This document shows, in pieces, positions 55,905 through 64,000 of a DNA stretch of 64,000 nt. Source of the stretch: an uncultured virus (IMG/VR IMGVR_UViG_3300005440_000007) (Duplodnaviria; Heunggongvirae; Uroviricota; Caudoviricetes); the IMG/VR virus record IMGVR_UViG_3300005440_000007; one strand, given 5' to 3'. Made by a program: the position numbers and the translations under genes. The number at the start of each line of letters is the position of its first letter. The stretch's first letter is position 1. Below the pieces are notes generated by a model. The model did not search any database and had not been told where the DNA came from. It worked only from the letters and a program-made list of their open reading frames with translations.

Positions 55905-57679
55905 TGGAAGTCCGTCCCTACCAGACGAAGTGCCTGGACGCCATGGACGCCGCGGCGAAGAACGGCGTCACGCGACAACTGATCGTGATGGCGACGGGCC
56001 TCGGCAAGACCGTCGTGGTCGGGAAGTTCCTTGAGCGCATGGGATTCCCGAACACCTACGGGATCATGCATCGAGAGGAGCTGATAAGCCAGTCGCGGGA
56101 CAAGATCCGTTCCATCAATCCTGGCCTCTCCATCGGCCTAGACAAGGCTGAGTTCCGCCCCGACATCTCGACAGACCGGGTCATCCTGGCGACCGTCCAG
56201 AGCGTGGGTCGCGTCGACGGGAAACGCCTGCAGGCGGTTCCCAAGGAATGGCCGAAGATCGTCTGGACGGACGAGGTCCATCACGCTCCGTCAGAGAGCT
56301 ACCTCACGGTCCTCGACCATTTCGGCCTTCGTGGGGCGCAGCCGCGGCGGGACATAATCTCCATTGGGACCACGGCGACCCCGGATCGCCTGGACAACCT
56401 GGGATACGACCAACTTTTCGACGACGTCGTCTTCCGTTACGGTCTGCGAGATGGGATCCGTGACGGCTGGCTCTCGGACATCAAAGCCTGGCGGATCCAG
56501 AGCGGCGCCGATCTTTCCGGGATCAAGTCCCGGAAGGGCGACTTCGTCGAGAAGGAACTCGACGAGATCATGAACACGGACGAGCACAACAAGCTCGCCG
56601 TCGACGTCTGGGTCCAGCACTGTCGGACCCGGCGCAGCCTATTCTTCTGCGTCACCAAGGAGCACGCGCGGAAGGTCTGCGAGGCGCTGGAGAAGGCTGG
56701 CGGGAAGAGCGCAATGGTGGTCGATGACACCGATCCCGACAAGCGCAAAGGCGCAATTGAAGCTCTGCGTGTTGGACAGCTCGAGGCGATCGTGAACGTC
56801 GGAGTCTTTACCGAAGGCTTCGATCTTCCGGAGATCGACTGCATCCACATCCTTCGTCCGACCCAGTCGAGGGCCCTCTACGTCCAGATGATCGGACGTG
56901 GAACCAGGAAGGCTCCAAGTAAGCCCTACATGGAACTCTTCGATCACACCGGCCAGGGCCACGACGTCTGCACCGTAGGGCAGATTTTCGGACTCCCCGA
57001 CTCGTGGCAGCTGGAAGGGAAGATGTGCGAGCAGGAGACTTCGGAGCTCGAGGCGGCGGTCGAGGATCTGGGCCTGTCCACGGACGGCCTCAAGAGCATC
57101 AACGATCTGCAGGAGAAACTTCGTTCCCGCGAGAAGCGGATGGAGCTCATCAAGGGATCCCTCACCGCTGCAGACCTTCCGTCGAAGCTCGTCTGGGTGA
57201 AGCCGTCCCCGTCCAAGGAGCGGTACGTCATCTCCTGGCGGAACGAGACCCGAGAGGAGGTCGATCGGATGAAGCTCGAGTACCAGTTCGCGGCGCTCCA
57301 GGCCATGGAGCCCAAGAACCTCTTCGGGATCGCCGAGCGGATCGAGGTCTGGAAGAACGAACTTGGAAAGTATGAAGGACGCTGCTTCCGACGCCTGGGA
57401 GACGAGATTCACGAACATGCCATGGGGACCGACGCGTCGATCGCGAAGCTGGTCGGCCGGCTTGAGTCGTGGATCGTCGAGAAGCGGGCTCACAAGGCCC
57501 CGCTCATGAAGAAATCGGTGAAGTGGGGAAAGGAGCCGGCGAGCTCTGCCCAGATCGGGATCCTGAAGCGGAAGGGAATCCCGTCCGAGTTCGTCGAAGG
57601 ATGCGGCCTCACGAAACGGGAAGCTTCGATCTTGATGACGATTCCGCAGAAGCGGATCAGGGTTCTCTTTGGAGTTTGA
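55901..57679 (+). CDS. SF2 DExH helicase (RadD/Irc3-like)
   Basis: ATGLGKT, DEVHH, TATP, EGFD.P, QMIGRGTR. Confidence 0.9.
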   Translation: MMEVRPYQTKCLDAMDAAAKNGVTRQLIVMATGLGKTVVVGKFLERMGFPNTYGIMHREELISQSRDKIRSINPGLSIGLDKAEFRPDISTDRVILATVQSVGRVDGKRLQAVPKEWPKIVWTDEVHHAPSESYLTVLDHFGLRGAQPRRDIISIGTTATPDRLDNLGYDQLFDDVVFRYGLRDGIRDGWLSDIKAWRIQSGADLSGIKSRKGDFVEKELDEIMNTDEHNKLAVDVWVQHCRTRRSLFFCVTKEHARKVCEALEKAGGKSAMVVDDTDPDKRKGAIEALRVGQLEAIVNVGVFTEGFDLPEIDCIHILRPTQSRALYVQMIGRGTRKAPSKPYMELFDHTGQGHDVCTVGQIFGLPDSWQLEGKMCEQETSELEAAVEDLGLSTDGLKSINDLQEKLRSREKRMELIKGSLTAADLPSKLVWVKPSPSKERYVISWRNETREEVDRMKLEYQFAALQAMEPKNLFGIAERIEVWKNELGKYEGRCFRRLGDEIHEHAMGTDASIAKLVGRLESWIVEKRAHKAPLMKKSVKWGKEPASSAQIGILKRKGIPSEFVEGCGLTKREASILMTIPQKRIRVLFGV

Positions 57680-57691
57680 TTGGAGGGGGCG

Positions 57692-57907
57692 ATGGCGGAT
57701 GCCGATTATCTGAAGTTGCGGGAGGAGATCTGGAAGGCTCTGGGCGTCCCAGTGACAAAGCAGAGTGGAAGCCCAGTGGAAGATGTGAGGAAACTGGCGG
57801 ATGCTGCCCGAAAGGTCGTCGACGTTTTCTCGAGCAAGGACAAGGTCGGATGGTCTCCAAGCAAGTTGCGGGATGCCGTCGCAGAACTGATGCGCGCCGT
57901 GAAATAA
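57692..57907 (+). CDS. Hypothetical protein
   Basis: GGAGG RBS. Confidence 0.7.
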   Translation: MADADYLKLREEIWKALGVPVTKQSGSPVEDVRKLADAARKVVDVFSSKDKVGWSPSKLRDAVAELMRAVK

Positions 57908-57913
57908 AAAAAC

Positions 57914-57989
57914 TAACCCCTCCTGGGCTCCGGCCAATCTGCTTGGCCGGGGCTTCCGTAGCGTCGCCCCCTCTGGACGGCGGCACGGA
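57914..57989 (+). ncRNA. Anti-RBS plus double-hairpin element, copy 2
   Basis: TAACCCCTCCT, a hairpin with TCTGC loop, then a second hairpin. Confidence 0.5.
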
Positions 57990-58031
57990 GGCCCGAATGG
58001 ACATGAACTGGCCTTGGATGGGAGATCTTCC

Positions 58032-58382
58032 ATGATGCAGATCGTTTCCGAAGAAGATTCCCGGCGCTGGAGGGAAGAGGTGAAGCATCTTCGCCAGTCT
58101 GCATCCCTCGAGGATCGAATCGTCGCGATCATGATGGACCTCGAGATCGGAGGAAGCGGGAATGGCGGAGACCCGGCGCGCGCCAAGGCCAAGGCGATCT
58201 TGAAGATGTTCGAGTTCCGGGAGTCCGCGAATCAGGTCAAGGTCTCGCTGGAGCTCGCCGAAGAGGTCCGTAGGATGGTGATGGCCGATCTCACGGACGG
58301 TTGCGGGACGTGCCACTGGGCAAGCGAATACATCGTGGAGCGGGCCAAAGAGCTGGACAAGATGAGGGCGAAGGGGACATGA
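58032..58382 (+). CDS. Hypothetical protein
   Basis: GGGAG RBS. Confidence 0.7.
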   Translation: MMQIVSEEDSRRWREEVKHLRQSASLEDRIVAIMMDLEIGGSGNGGDPARAKAKAILKMFEFRESANQVKVSLELAEEVRRMVMADLTDGCGTCHWASEYIVERAKELDKMRAKGT

Positions 58383-58621
58383 CCGATCCGATGGCCGGCA
58401 AGACGGGGTTCGCCGCCGTCGTCCACAAGGTCGACGGCCGGGACATGTTCCTGGTCGCCCGCGTCACCTACGGGGTCCGCGGCTACAAGCCGATCCTGAA
58501 GCGTCGATACGTGAGATATTCCGAAGCCGAGAAGGCGGCGGAAAAGCTCAATCGTCGCCACGGCCTCTCCGATGAAGATGCGTGGCTGCTGATCGAAAAT
58601 ACCGTCATGTGCGACAGGTGA
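58379..58621 (+). CDS. Hypothetical protein
   Basis: ATGA overlap. Confidence 0.7.
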   Translation: MTDPMAGKTGFAAVVHKVDGRDMFLVARVTYGVRGYKPILKRRYVRYSEAEKAAEKLNRRHGLSDEDAWLLIENTVMCDR

Positions 58622-58625
58622 GACG

Positions 58626-58868
58626 ATGTCCTACCGTTATTGGCAGAAATCGCATCCGACCTGGCCGAAGAAAATCGCGGACGTTAAGGGAAGGCAAGTC
58701 CGGCTTCTTCACCAGCTTCAGACCAAAGGCGGAGAGATCTTTTCTGAAGGCCTCGTCATGAGGGTTGATGGCGTCTACCGGGGAAGGCTTTTCCTCAGGC
58801 ATCTGACGGACGAGCGCGGGGCGATCCGGAAGGTAGACGTGTTCGATGTAGAGCTTCTTCCGGCCTGA
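58626..58868 (+). CDS. Hypothetical protein
   Basis: AGGTG RBS. Confidence 0.7.
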   Translation: MSYRYWQKSHPTWPKKIADVKGRQVRLLHQLQTKGGEIFSEGLVMRVDGVYRGRLFLRHLTDERGAIRKVDVFDVELLPA

Positions 58869-58871
58869 ACT

Positions 58872-59240
58872 TCAGCGGGCCGCGTTCTCAAGAATCCGGC
58901 GAGATTCGGACGGGTGAGCCCTCACCCATTCCACCACCATCTGCCAGCTTGGGATCGGATCTCCAGTCTCGCGCACCGTTGCGAGTGTGATCGCGCCCAG
59001 GAAGTCCGGCTTCACTTGACGCTCCCAGCGTTCCTCGCCGACCTTGGCGTAGACGGTGTGGTGGAGCTTGGCGAGGTCGGCGCTTGCGAGGAGTTCTTTC
59101 TTGGCTGTGGAGATCTCGGCGGCGCCGCGTTCCATCCCGTCGATCCAGAGGCTGGTGGAGTGCGCCATCAGAGCCCCGAGCAGGATCGAGGCGACGACCA
59201 TCGCCGCCTCGATCCTGCGAATCTTCGGGTTTCGGCTCAT
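58872..59240 (-). CDS. Single-pass membrane protein
   Basis: TGATG coupling; N-terminal TM. Confidence 0.7.
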   Translation of the reverse strand: MSRNPKIRRIEAAMVVASILLGALMAHSTSLWIDGMERGAAEISTAKKELLASADLAKLHHTVYAKVGEERWERQVKPDFLGAITLATVRETGDPIPSWQMVVEWVRAHPSESRRILENAAR

Positions 59241-60655
59241 CAGATTCCGCACCAGATGATTTCCTCGCCTCCGGCGACGTACCGGATGCCCATGGTTCCG
59301 CCGTCCGAAGCCCCGGCCATGACGGCAGGATCCGTGGCATTAAAGAGATTGGTGGAGGGGTCTTCCAAGAGCGGATCGACCGTGAGGTCGTTTGCGCCCA
59401 GGGCCTTTCCCAGCGCCGCGAAGTTGAAGACGTCGTTGAAGTCCTCCACTGCGACGGCGGCGGTGAAAGCCGTGCCATCGCCGGCCCCTTCCATGACGTT
59501 GTCCTGGAAATCGAGAGATCCGGCGCTCTGCTGGACGAGCACCTGGGCGGCGGAAATCCCGACAACATCGTTGTTCCCGACCGATTCGAACACCGTCATG
59601 GTGGCTCCAGCCAGCGTGATCCGGTACCACCGCTTGCAGTTGTAGGCGACGCAGTTTCTCCAGGAGCTCGAGCCCACGGCCGTCCCGAAGGCCGCCTCGT
59701 TGTTATGCTTGAATGCCTCGTTCGATCCGGCGGTTCCGAGATCTTCGCAGAGCACGTCTTCGACGATCGCGCTCAGATCCTTCAGGACCACGCCGCGCAT
59801 ATGGGAAGCCGCCCGGGCGATGGCCGAACGACGGATCCAGCAGTTCTGGACGTAGACGTTGTCGAAGCCACCGATCGTGACGGCGCCATAGCCAACGCCG
59901 GTAGCGAAGGCTGGAGTCGCCATGTCGGTGAAGGTGCAGCGATGAATCCAGACGTTGTCGTGGACGCTGCCATCGGTTCCGATGAGTTGAATTCCAGGCA
60001 CGCCGGCGGCGGGATTGAGGTCGGTGAACGTGCAGTCCTCGACGATCAGACGGTCGAAGGTCGCGAAGCCCGTCACGGTCACAGTCCCCAGGATGATGCC
60101 GTTGTCTGCGAAGGAGAGGGCGTTTTGGTTTCCATTTCCGACCAAGCTGATGCCGCGGATGGCGATTCCGGAGTTCCCGGCGCCCAGGGTCACGACATGG
60201 TTGGTCGATCCGGCCGTGGCGGTGACCGAAGGAGTCTGTCCGGCAGCCGCTTCGATCGTGAGGTTCGTCTTTCCGGTGATCGAGATCTGGCTGTAGTTCA
60301 GAGAGTCGGTGATGACGATCCGCGTCCCAGGTCCGGCAGCGGTGATTGCCGTCTGGAGCGCTGCGCCGCCGCCCGACACGTTTACGGTCGAGGTGAACGG
60401 AACGCTGAAGGGAACGGTCGTCAGGACGTCATGGCACTTCGGATCGGGAGGAGGAGGCGGTGGACCTCCGCCGCCCTGAGGAGCACGGGCAGGGATCGGC
60501 TCTTGGACCGATGCGGAGTTGGAGAAGGGGAACAGTCCGCCTGCAGGAACCCCACCCGCCGCGCGTCGTGGGAATACGCCGAAGGCTGCGACGGGTCTGT
60601 TCGGAACGCAGCGGCGTCCGTCTCGGGAAGGCCGATATCCTGGGGGGCAGGCCAT
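59240..60655 (-). CDS. Right-handed beta-helix (pectin-lyase-like) spike candidate
   Basis: LQTAI.AA.PG cap; repeated V..C.F / NV.I..C strands; GGAGAGGAG RBS. Confidence 0.75.
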   Translation of the reverse strand: MACPPGYRPSRDGRRCVPNRPVAAFGVFPRRAAGGVPAGGLFPFSNSASVQEPIPARAPQGGGGPPPPPPDPKCHDVLTTVPFSVPFTSTVNVSGGGAALQTAITAAGPGTRIVITDSLNYSQISITGKTNLTIEAAAGQTPSVTATAGSTNHVVTLGAGNSGIAIRGISLVGNGNQNALSFADNGIILGTVTVTGFATFDRLIVEDCTFTDLNPAAGVPGIQLIGTDGSVHDNVWIHRCTFTDMATPAFATGVGYGAVTIGGFDNVYVQNCWIRRSAIARAASHMRGVVLKDLSAIVEDVLCEDLGTAGSNEAFKHNNEAAFGTAVGSSSWRNCVAYNCKRWYRITLAGATMTVFESVGNNDVVGISAAQVLVQQSAGSLDFQDNVMEGAGDGTAFTAAVAVEDFNDVFNFAALGKALGANDLTVDPLLEDPSTNLFNATDPAVMAGASDGGTMGIRYVAGGEEIIWCGI

Positions 60656-60749
60656 ACTTTTCTCCTCTCCTTTGATCTTTGAAAATTCTACCATTTTCAG
60701 ATGTACGAAGGTCGTGAAACTGTGCGGCCTCCCGGGTACAATCCTTTGC

Positions 60750-60989
60750 ATGGAATACGTCATTGGAAAGATCCGGCGCCTGAACGGCCCAGCACTCACC
60801 TTGGCAGTTCTGTCGATCCTCATCGCTCTCTGGATCCTCTTGGCGATTATGTTCGCGTTTGGGGGATCTATGATCCGGTCGATGGGCGTCGGAAGCAGCA
60901 ACGAGGTCAAGGTCGTTCCCTGCGCCAAGTGCAGCAATTGCGCCTGCCCGCGGATCGCGGGAACGGCGCAGTGCCTTTGCCCGAGGTGA
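60750..60989 (+). CDS. Small membrane protein with Cys-rich tail
   Basis: TACAAT 7 nt upstream; TM. Confidence 0.7.
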   Translation: MEYVIGKIRRLNGPALTLAVLSILIALWILLAIMFAFGGSMIRSMGVGSSNEVKVVPCAKCSNCACPRIAGTAQCLCPR

Positions 60990-60991
60990 AG

Positions 60992-61828
60992 ATGAGAACC
61001 GTGCCGGTCGTCAATCTCGGACAGGACGCGATCGTGAAGATCCCCTCCGTGGGCGAGCAGTGGTGGTCTCACCACATCGCCAATACCAGGGCCTATGCCG
61101 AGGCCGCGCTCTCAGGAGACGAAGCCGGCGCGGTCTCGGCGCTCAAGGAGCTCTGGCAAGCGGTCCTCGATTGGCAGGAGATCACCGCTTGCCCGGTCGC
61201 CGGGGCTCTGATGGGAGAGCACACGGTCTTCGCCAAGCTCCTGGCGGATTGCTTCGTCACCAAGGCCGGAGAGGCCTGCACGGGGACCGCCGCCGAAGCA
61301 ATCGGCAGAAACGTCGAAGCGCATCGGAAATATTTCCGCTTCAACCCTCAGGAGTTCGCTGATCTTTTCAGCAGGCATTCCGAGCTGGCCGGGCTGTATA
61401 TCACGGACCTGGCCGCGGGAGACATGGATAGCTTCAACGAGAACTTCAGCGAAGCGATTCGGAACGGCGAGGAGCTCGCGGCGTTCACGGACCAGTTCAT
61501 CGTTCCGGGGGCCGCCAATGGCCTGAAGCATGGCCTGAGCGGCGTTCGTCGATCGAGGCTCGGTCAGGCGTCTCCAGCAAACTTCATCTCCTCCGCAGAA
61601 TTCAAGGCCTACGTCGATCAGGCCAACGCTTCCATCAAGGCCGTCGCCGACATCGCGCGGGCATACGAGCTTTCGAACGAGGAAATCCAGAGAATCAATT
61701 CCGAGATCGGGAAAGTCTCCGGATTCACCGTGCCGCTGGCGAACATCCCCGCGTGCGAAGGGCCGTCTCCCTGGCTTCTCGCCAGCGGGGCACTTCTCGT
61801 GGGTGTTCTGGTGGGGACCGCGGTGTAG
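60992..61828 (+). CDS. Two-LGQ protein: His helical bundle plus TM-anchored domain
   Basis: NLGQ and RLGQ; paralog of 8431-8970. Confidence 0.8.
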   Translation: MRTVPVVNLGQDAIVKIPSVGEQWWSHHIANTRAYAEAALSGDEAGAVSALKELWQAVLDWQEITACPVAGALMGEHTVFAKLLADCFVTKAGEACTGTAAEAIGRNVEAHRKYFRFNPQEFADLFSRHSELAGLYITDLAAGDMDSFNENFSEAIRNGEELAAFTDQFIVPGAANGLKHGLSGVRRSRLGQASPANFISSAEFKAYVDQANASIKAVADIARAYELSNEEIQRINSEIGKVSGFTVPLANIPACEGPSPWLLASGALLVGVLVGTAV

Positions 61829-61839
61829 CGCGGGACCTC

Positions 61840-62151
61840 GTGACGCTCCAATTCTTTTCCCGCTGCGTCGAATGGCCGATCCCCGTTGAAGATCTGAACG
61901 ATCTGGTCTCCCGCGCCAAGGACATCAGCCGGAAGACGTTCCTCAAGCATGTGGATCCGAGGGAGATGCTCCAGATCGAGCGAGACCTGGGATATGTGAG
62001 GGACCCCCGTCAAGGTCTCACGATGGCCAACGATTTCCATGTCAGCTACCACCGTTCAACGCTCCGGGGTTGCCCGGCGGTCTACTTCGTGTGGTCGGCG
62101 ATCGAGCATGTGTTCACCGACCTTAATTGCCTGGAGAGGAGTGGATCATGA
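61840..62151 (+). CDS. Phage hypothetical protein
   Basis: D.HVSYHRS...YFVWSAIE.VF. Confidence 0.75.
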   Translation: MTLQFFSRCVEWPIPVEDLNDLVSRAKDISRKTFLKHVDPREMLQIERDLGYVRDPRQGLTMANDFHVSYHRSTLRGCPAVYFVWSAIEHVFTDLNCLERSGS

Positions 62152-62600
62152 AGGGCGAAGAGCAGGGGTTGTCGATCGCATTCTATCTGGCCGAGGCGCT
62201 CTATCGCCTTGGTTTTCCGTGGGACAAGGTCGGCGACGAAGGTCTCAAGATCGTCGAACGGTTCACCTCGGAAGAGGTGGAGGTAGAAACCGACAAAGGA
62301 ATCCTGAAGGGAATGCGCGACTACTTCGAAAAGATCAAGAGCGACCCTCCCGACATTCCTCCGATGACCTTTGACAGTCACCTCTCGCCTTCCGAGTATG
62401 TCGTTCTTGACGACCTCATCAGGTCGCTCGAGGACTTGGCTGGACACCTGCCGTGGGTCGCCGCGCCGATCTACGACATCCTGGACGACTACAACGAGTA
62501 TCTCGAGTCCGTCAACGCCTCAGAAAAACTTCAAGAGCGTTCCGGCCGGCTGCGTCATTCCATCAGCGACCTGGAGGACCGTGCGGCCGGGAGAGGCTGA
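62148..62600 (+). CDS. Acidic hypothetical protein
   Basis: GAGGAG RBS. Confidence 0.75.
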   Translation: MKGEEQGLSIAFYLAEALYRLGFPWDKVGDEGLKIVERFTSEEVEVETDKGILKGMRDYFEKIKSDPPDIPPMTFDSHLSPSEYVVLDDLIRSLEDLAGHLPWVAAPIYDILDDYNEYLESVNASEKLQERSGRLRHSISDLEDRAAGRG

Positions 62601-62785
62601 TGCCCTACGACTGGATGAAAGGCCATTGCAAGGATTGTGGCGCTTTTGTCCGGGACGGCAACGGAATCCAGGAACAACTTCCAGGGGGAGACATCCTCAG
62701 GTTCTGCGTGAAGTGTCACACCAAGAGATGTGAGTCACCCGCACCGGCATCGGCAGATCGCGCAAAGGTTGCAGTAGACGCATAG
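62600..62785 (+). CDS. Small Zn-finger protein
   Basis: TGATG coupling; CxxC twice. Confidence 0.5.
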   Translation: MPYDWMKGHCKDCGAFVRDGNGIQEQLPGGDILRFCVKCHTKRCESPAPASADRAKVAVDA

Positions 62786-63814
62786 CGCCTCTGCGCCGCA
62801 GACGCAAACCGCTGAAGAAACTCCAGGCCCTTTCATCGAAGGGCCTCCTGGCTTCCAGAATCCCCGGAAGAGTCCCGCGACCCTGGCTTCCACGTCCATG
62901 CCGGTGAAGGAGTTCAGCATCTGCGGCTCGTCATCACGCTTCCCGAACATGAGGTGGCCCGTCGAGAAGCAGAAGGTACAGCTCTGGCAGGTGATCTTGC
63001 CGTCGATCTTTTTGTATTGGGGGCTGCGTTCGACCGGGCAGACGGGCGCGCCGCCCATCTGGGAGACGGTCGCCTTCATGCCGCTATGGTCCCGGAAGAT
63101 GAGCTCGACGGGCTCCCCGGGGAGATCCTTATCATCGGCGGCAAGCCACGCGCGGATCGCAGTGGGGATGAGGCTGGCGGCGGGGACCTTGGTTTCTCGA
63201 TCACAGGAGAGCACCAGGCGCATGTTGTCGATGTCCGACAAATTCTTCAACGGCTTGATGAACTCCCTCCTGATCTCGCCTTTTCCGTTCTGCCAGGATC
63301 TCGTATAGGCGTAGAAACGGACGTACTTCCGGCTTCTGACGATCTCCGACCAGAGGGCCACGTATTCAGGATCGAAGAAATCTCCCCCGACGTGGATCCG
63401 GACGACTCCGGTCAGGTTTGCGGTTTTCCAGATGTCGGCGAAGTGATCCGGGAAGAGGGTGACGTAGGCCCAGTTCACGTAATAGGCCCACTCGTTCATC
63501 ATGAAGAGGGCGTTCTTGGCGTAGCAGAGGCTCTCGCAGAACTCCGTCGCGCCCGGGCAGCTGGCCCCGCGGAAGTTCTGGCCGGCGGGGAGCGAGAACT
63601 GGGAGATGGCGCCGATCTTGGCATTGCCCAGGACGATGTTGACGCCTACCTGCTCGGCATCCTTGAGATGTGTGAGGATCCTGCCCCTTCGGTTCTTGAA
63701 CGTTTCCCGCTCTTTCTTGTCGGGGAAGATGGAGGGGTCCGGCAGCAGTTCGCTGACCCGGTCCACGATTTTTCGACGTTCGGGGCTTCTCTTCGGGAAG
63801 CTGCCGTAGATCAT
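62735..63814 (-). CDS. GP88-like (radical-SAM-related) protein
   Basis: FSLPA..SCPGA..C...CYA, RIHVGGDF, FYAYTR, C..C..C. Confidence 0.75.
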   Translation of the reverse strand: MIYGSFPKRSPERRKIVDRVSELLPDPSIFPDKKERETFKNRRGRILTHLKDAEQVGVNIVLGNAKIGAISQFSLPAGQNFRGASCPGATEFCESLCYAKNALFMMNEWAYYVNWAYVTLFPDHFADIWKTANLTGVVRIHVGGDFFDPEYVALWSEIVRSRKYVRFYAYTRSWQNGKGEIRREFIKPLKNLSDIDNMRLVLSCDRETKVPAASLIPTAIRAWLAADDKDLPGEPVELIFRDHSGMKATVSQMGGAPVCPVERSPQYKKIDGKITCQSCTFCFSTGHLMFGKRDDEPQMLNSFTGMDVEARVAGLFRGFWKPGGPSMKGPGVSSAVCVCGAEALCVYCNLCAICRCRCG

Positions 63815-64000
63815 ATTGGCTCTTCGGAAGGCTCGAGATGGACGTCGATTTGAAGCTCAGCGAACAGGTGGTCGACCCAGTCCTCTGGAGCGACCGGATC
63901 CGGTTGGACCGTGGATGCTGCAGTGTCGAAGGATTCCGCCTCGAGCTTTGGAAAGTCCTTCAGGAACCGGACCCTGACGTCCTGGACGAAATCTGGGGAA
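63811..64000 (-). CDS. Partial hypothetical protein (3' end)
   Basis: Open frame ending in an ATGA overlap with the GP88-like gene. Confidence 0.6.
   Translation of the reverse strand, partial: SPDFVQDVRVRFLKDFPKLEAESFDTAASTVQPDPVAPEDWVDHLFAELQIDVHLEPSEEPI

Larger units (their letters stand above)
1..64000. mobile_element. Segment of a bacterial virus genome, probably a tailless membrane-containing virus
   Basis: Dense ORFan arrays with ATGA/TGATG coupling, phage-type replication genes, sigma70 promoters and SD sites; no cellular housekeeping or head-tail genes. Confidence 0.85.

Noticed and set aside
1..64000. Genome-wide TGA reassignment (code 4 or 25)
   Set aside because: TGA is used as a normal stop in many ATGA/TGATG gene overlaps
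1..64000. Eukaryotic giant virus (DUF5771-like gene, D5-type helicase)
   Set aside because: Sigma70 promoters, SD sites, operons and a lipoprotein indicate a bacterial host

Overview
This window looks like part of one GC-rich (roughly 63% by eye) bacterial virus genome of at least 64 kb; both ends fall inside genes. No head-tail genes (terminase, portal, HK97 capsid, tail), integrase, rRNA, tRNA or CRISPR array were recognised. 1-27.6 kb (minus strand) plus about 59-62 kb form a virion-like module: some 20 small membrane proteins, candidate single-jelly-roll capsid and penton proteins, collagen and beta-helix spikes, basic core proteins and a transglutaminase-like Cys-His-Asp enzyme. I infer a tailless, membrane-containing virus. 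28-35 kb is a replication module (DinG helicase, AAA_24/Sak4-like ATPase, SSB, primase-SF3 helicase, ori). 35-59 kb is an early/accessory region. Most notable signals: (1) at least 18 virion-module proteins share a Pro/Arg-rich leader ending in [LM]GQ, suggesting a dedicated processing or sorting system; (2) two ORFs missing from the ORF track carry an in-frame UGA at a Cys-like position followed by similar SECIS-like hairpins, making them candidate viral selenoproteins; (3) six sigma70 promoters carry a CGTATACG operator, one of them upstream of an RHH protein; (4) a repeated AGGAGGGGTTATG start signal has two matching anti-RBS hairpin elements; (5) there are several structured leader RNAs. 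Family names come from motif recognition by eye, not database searches.
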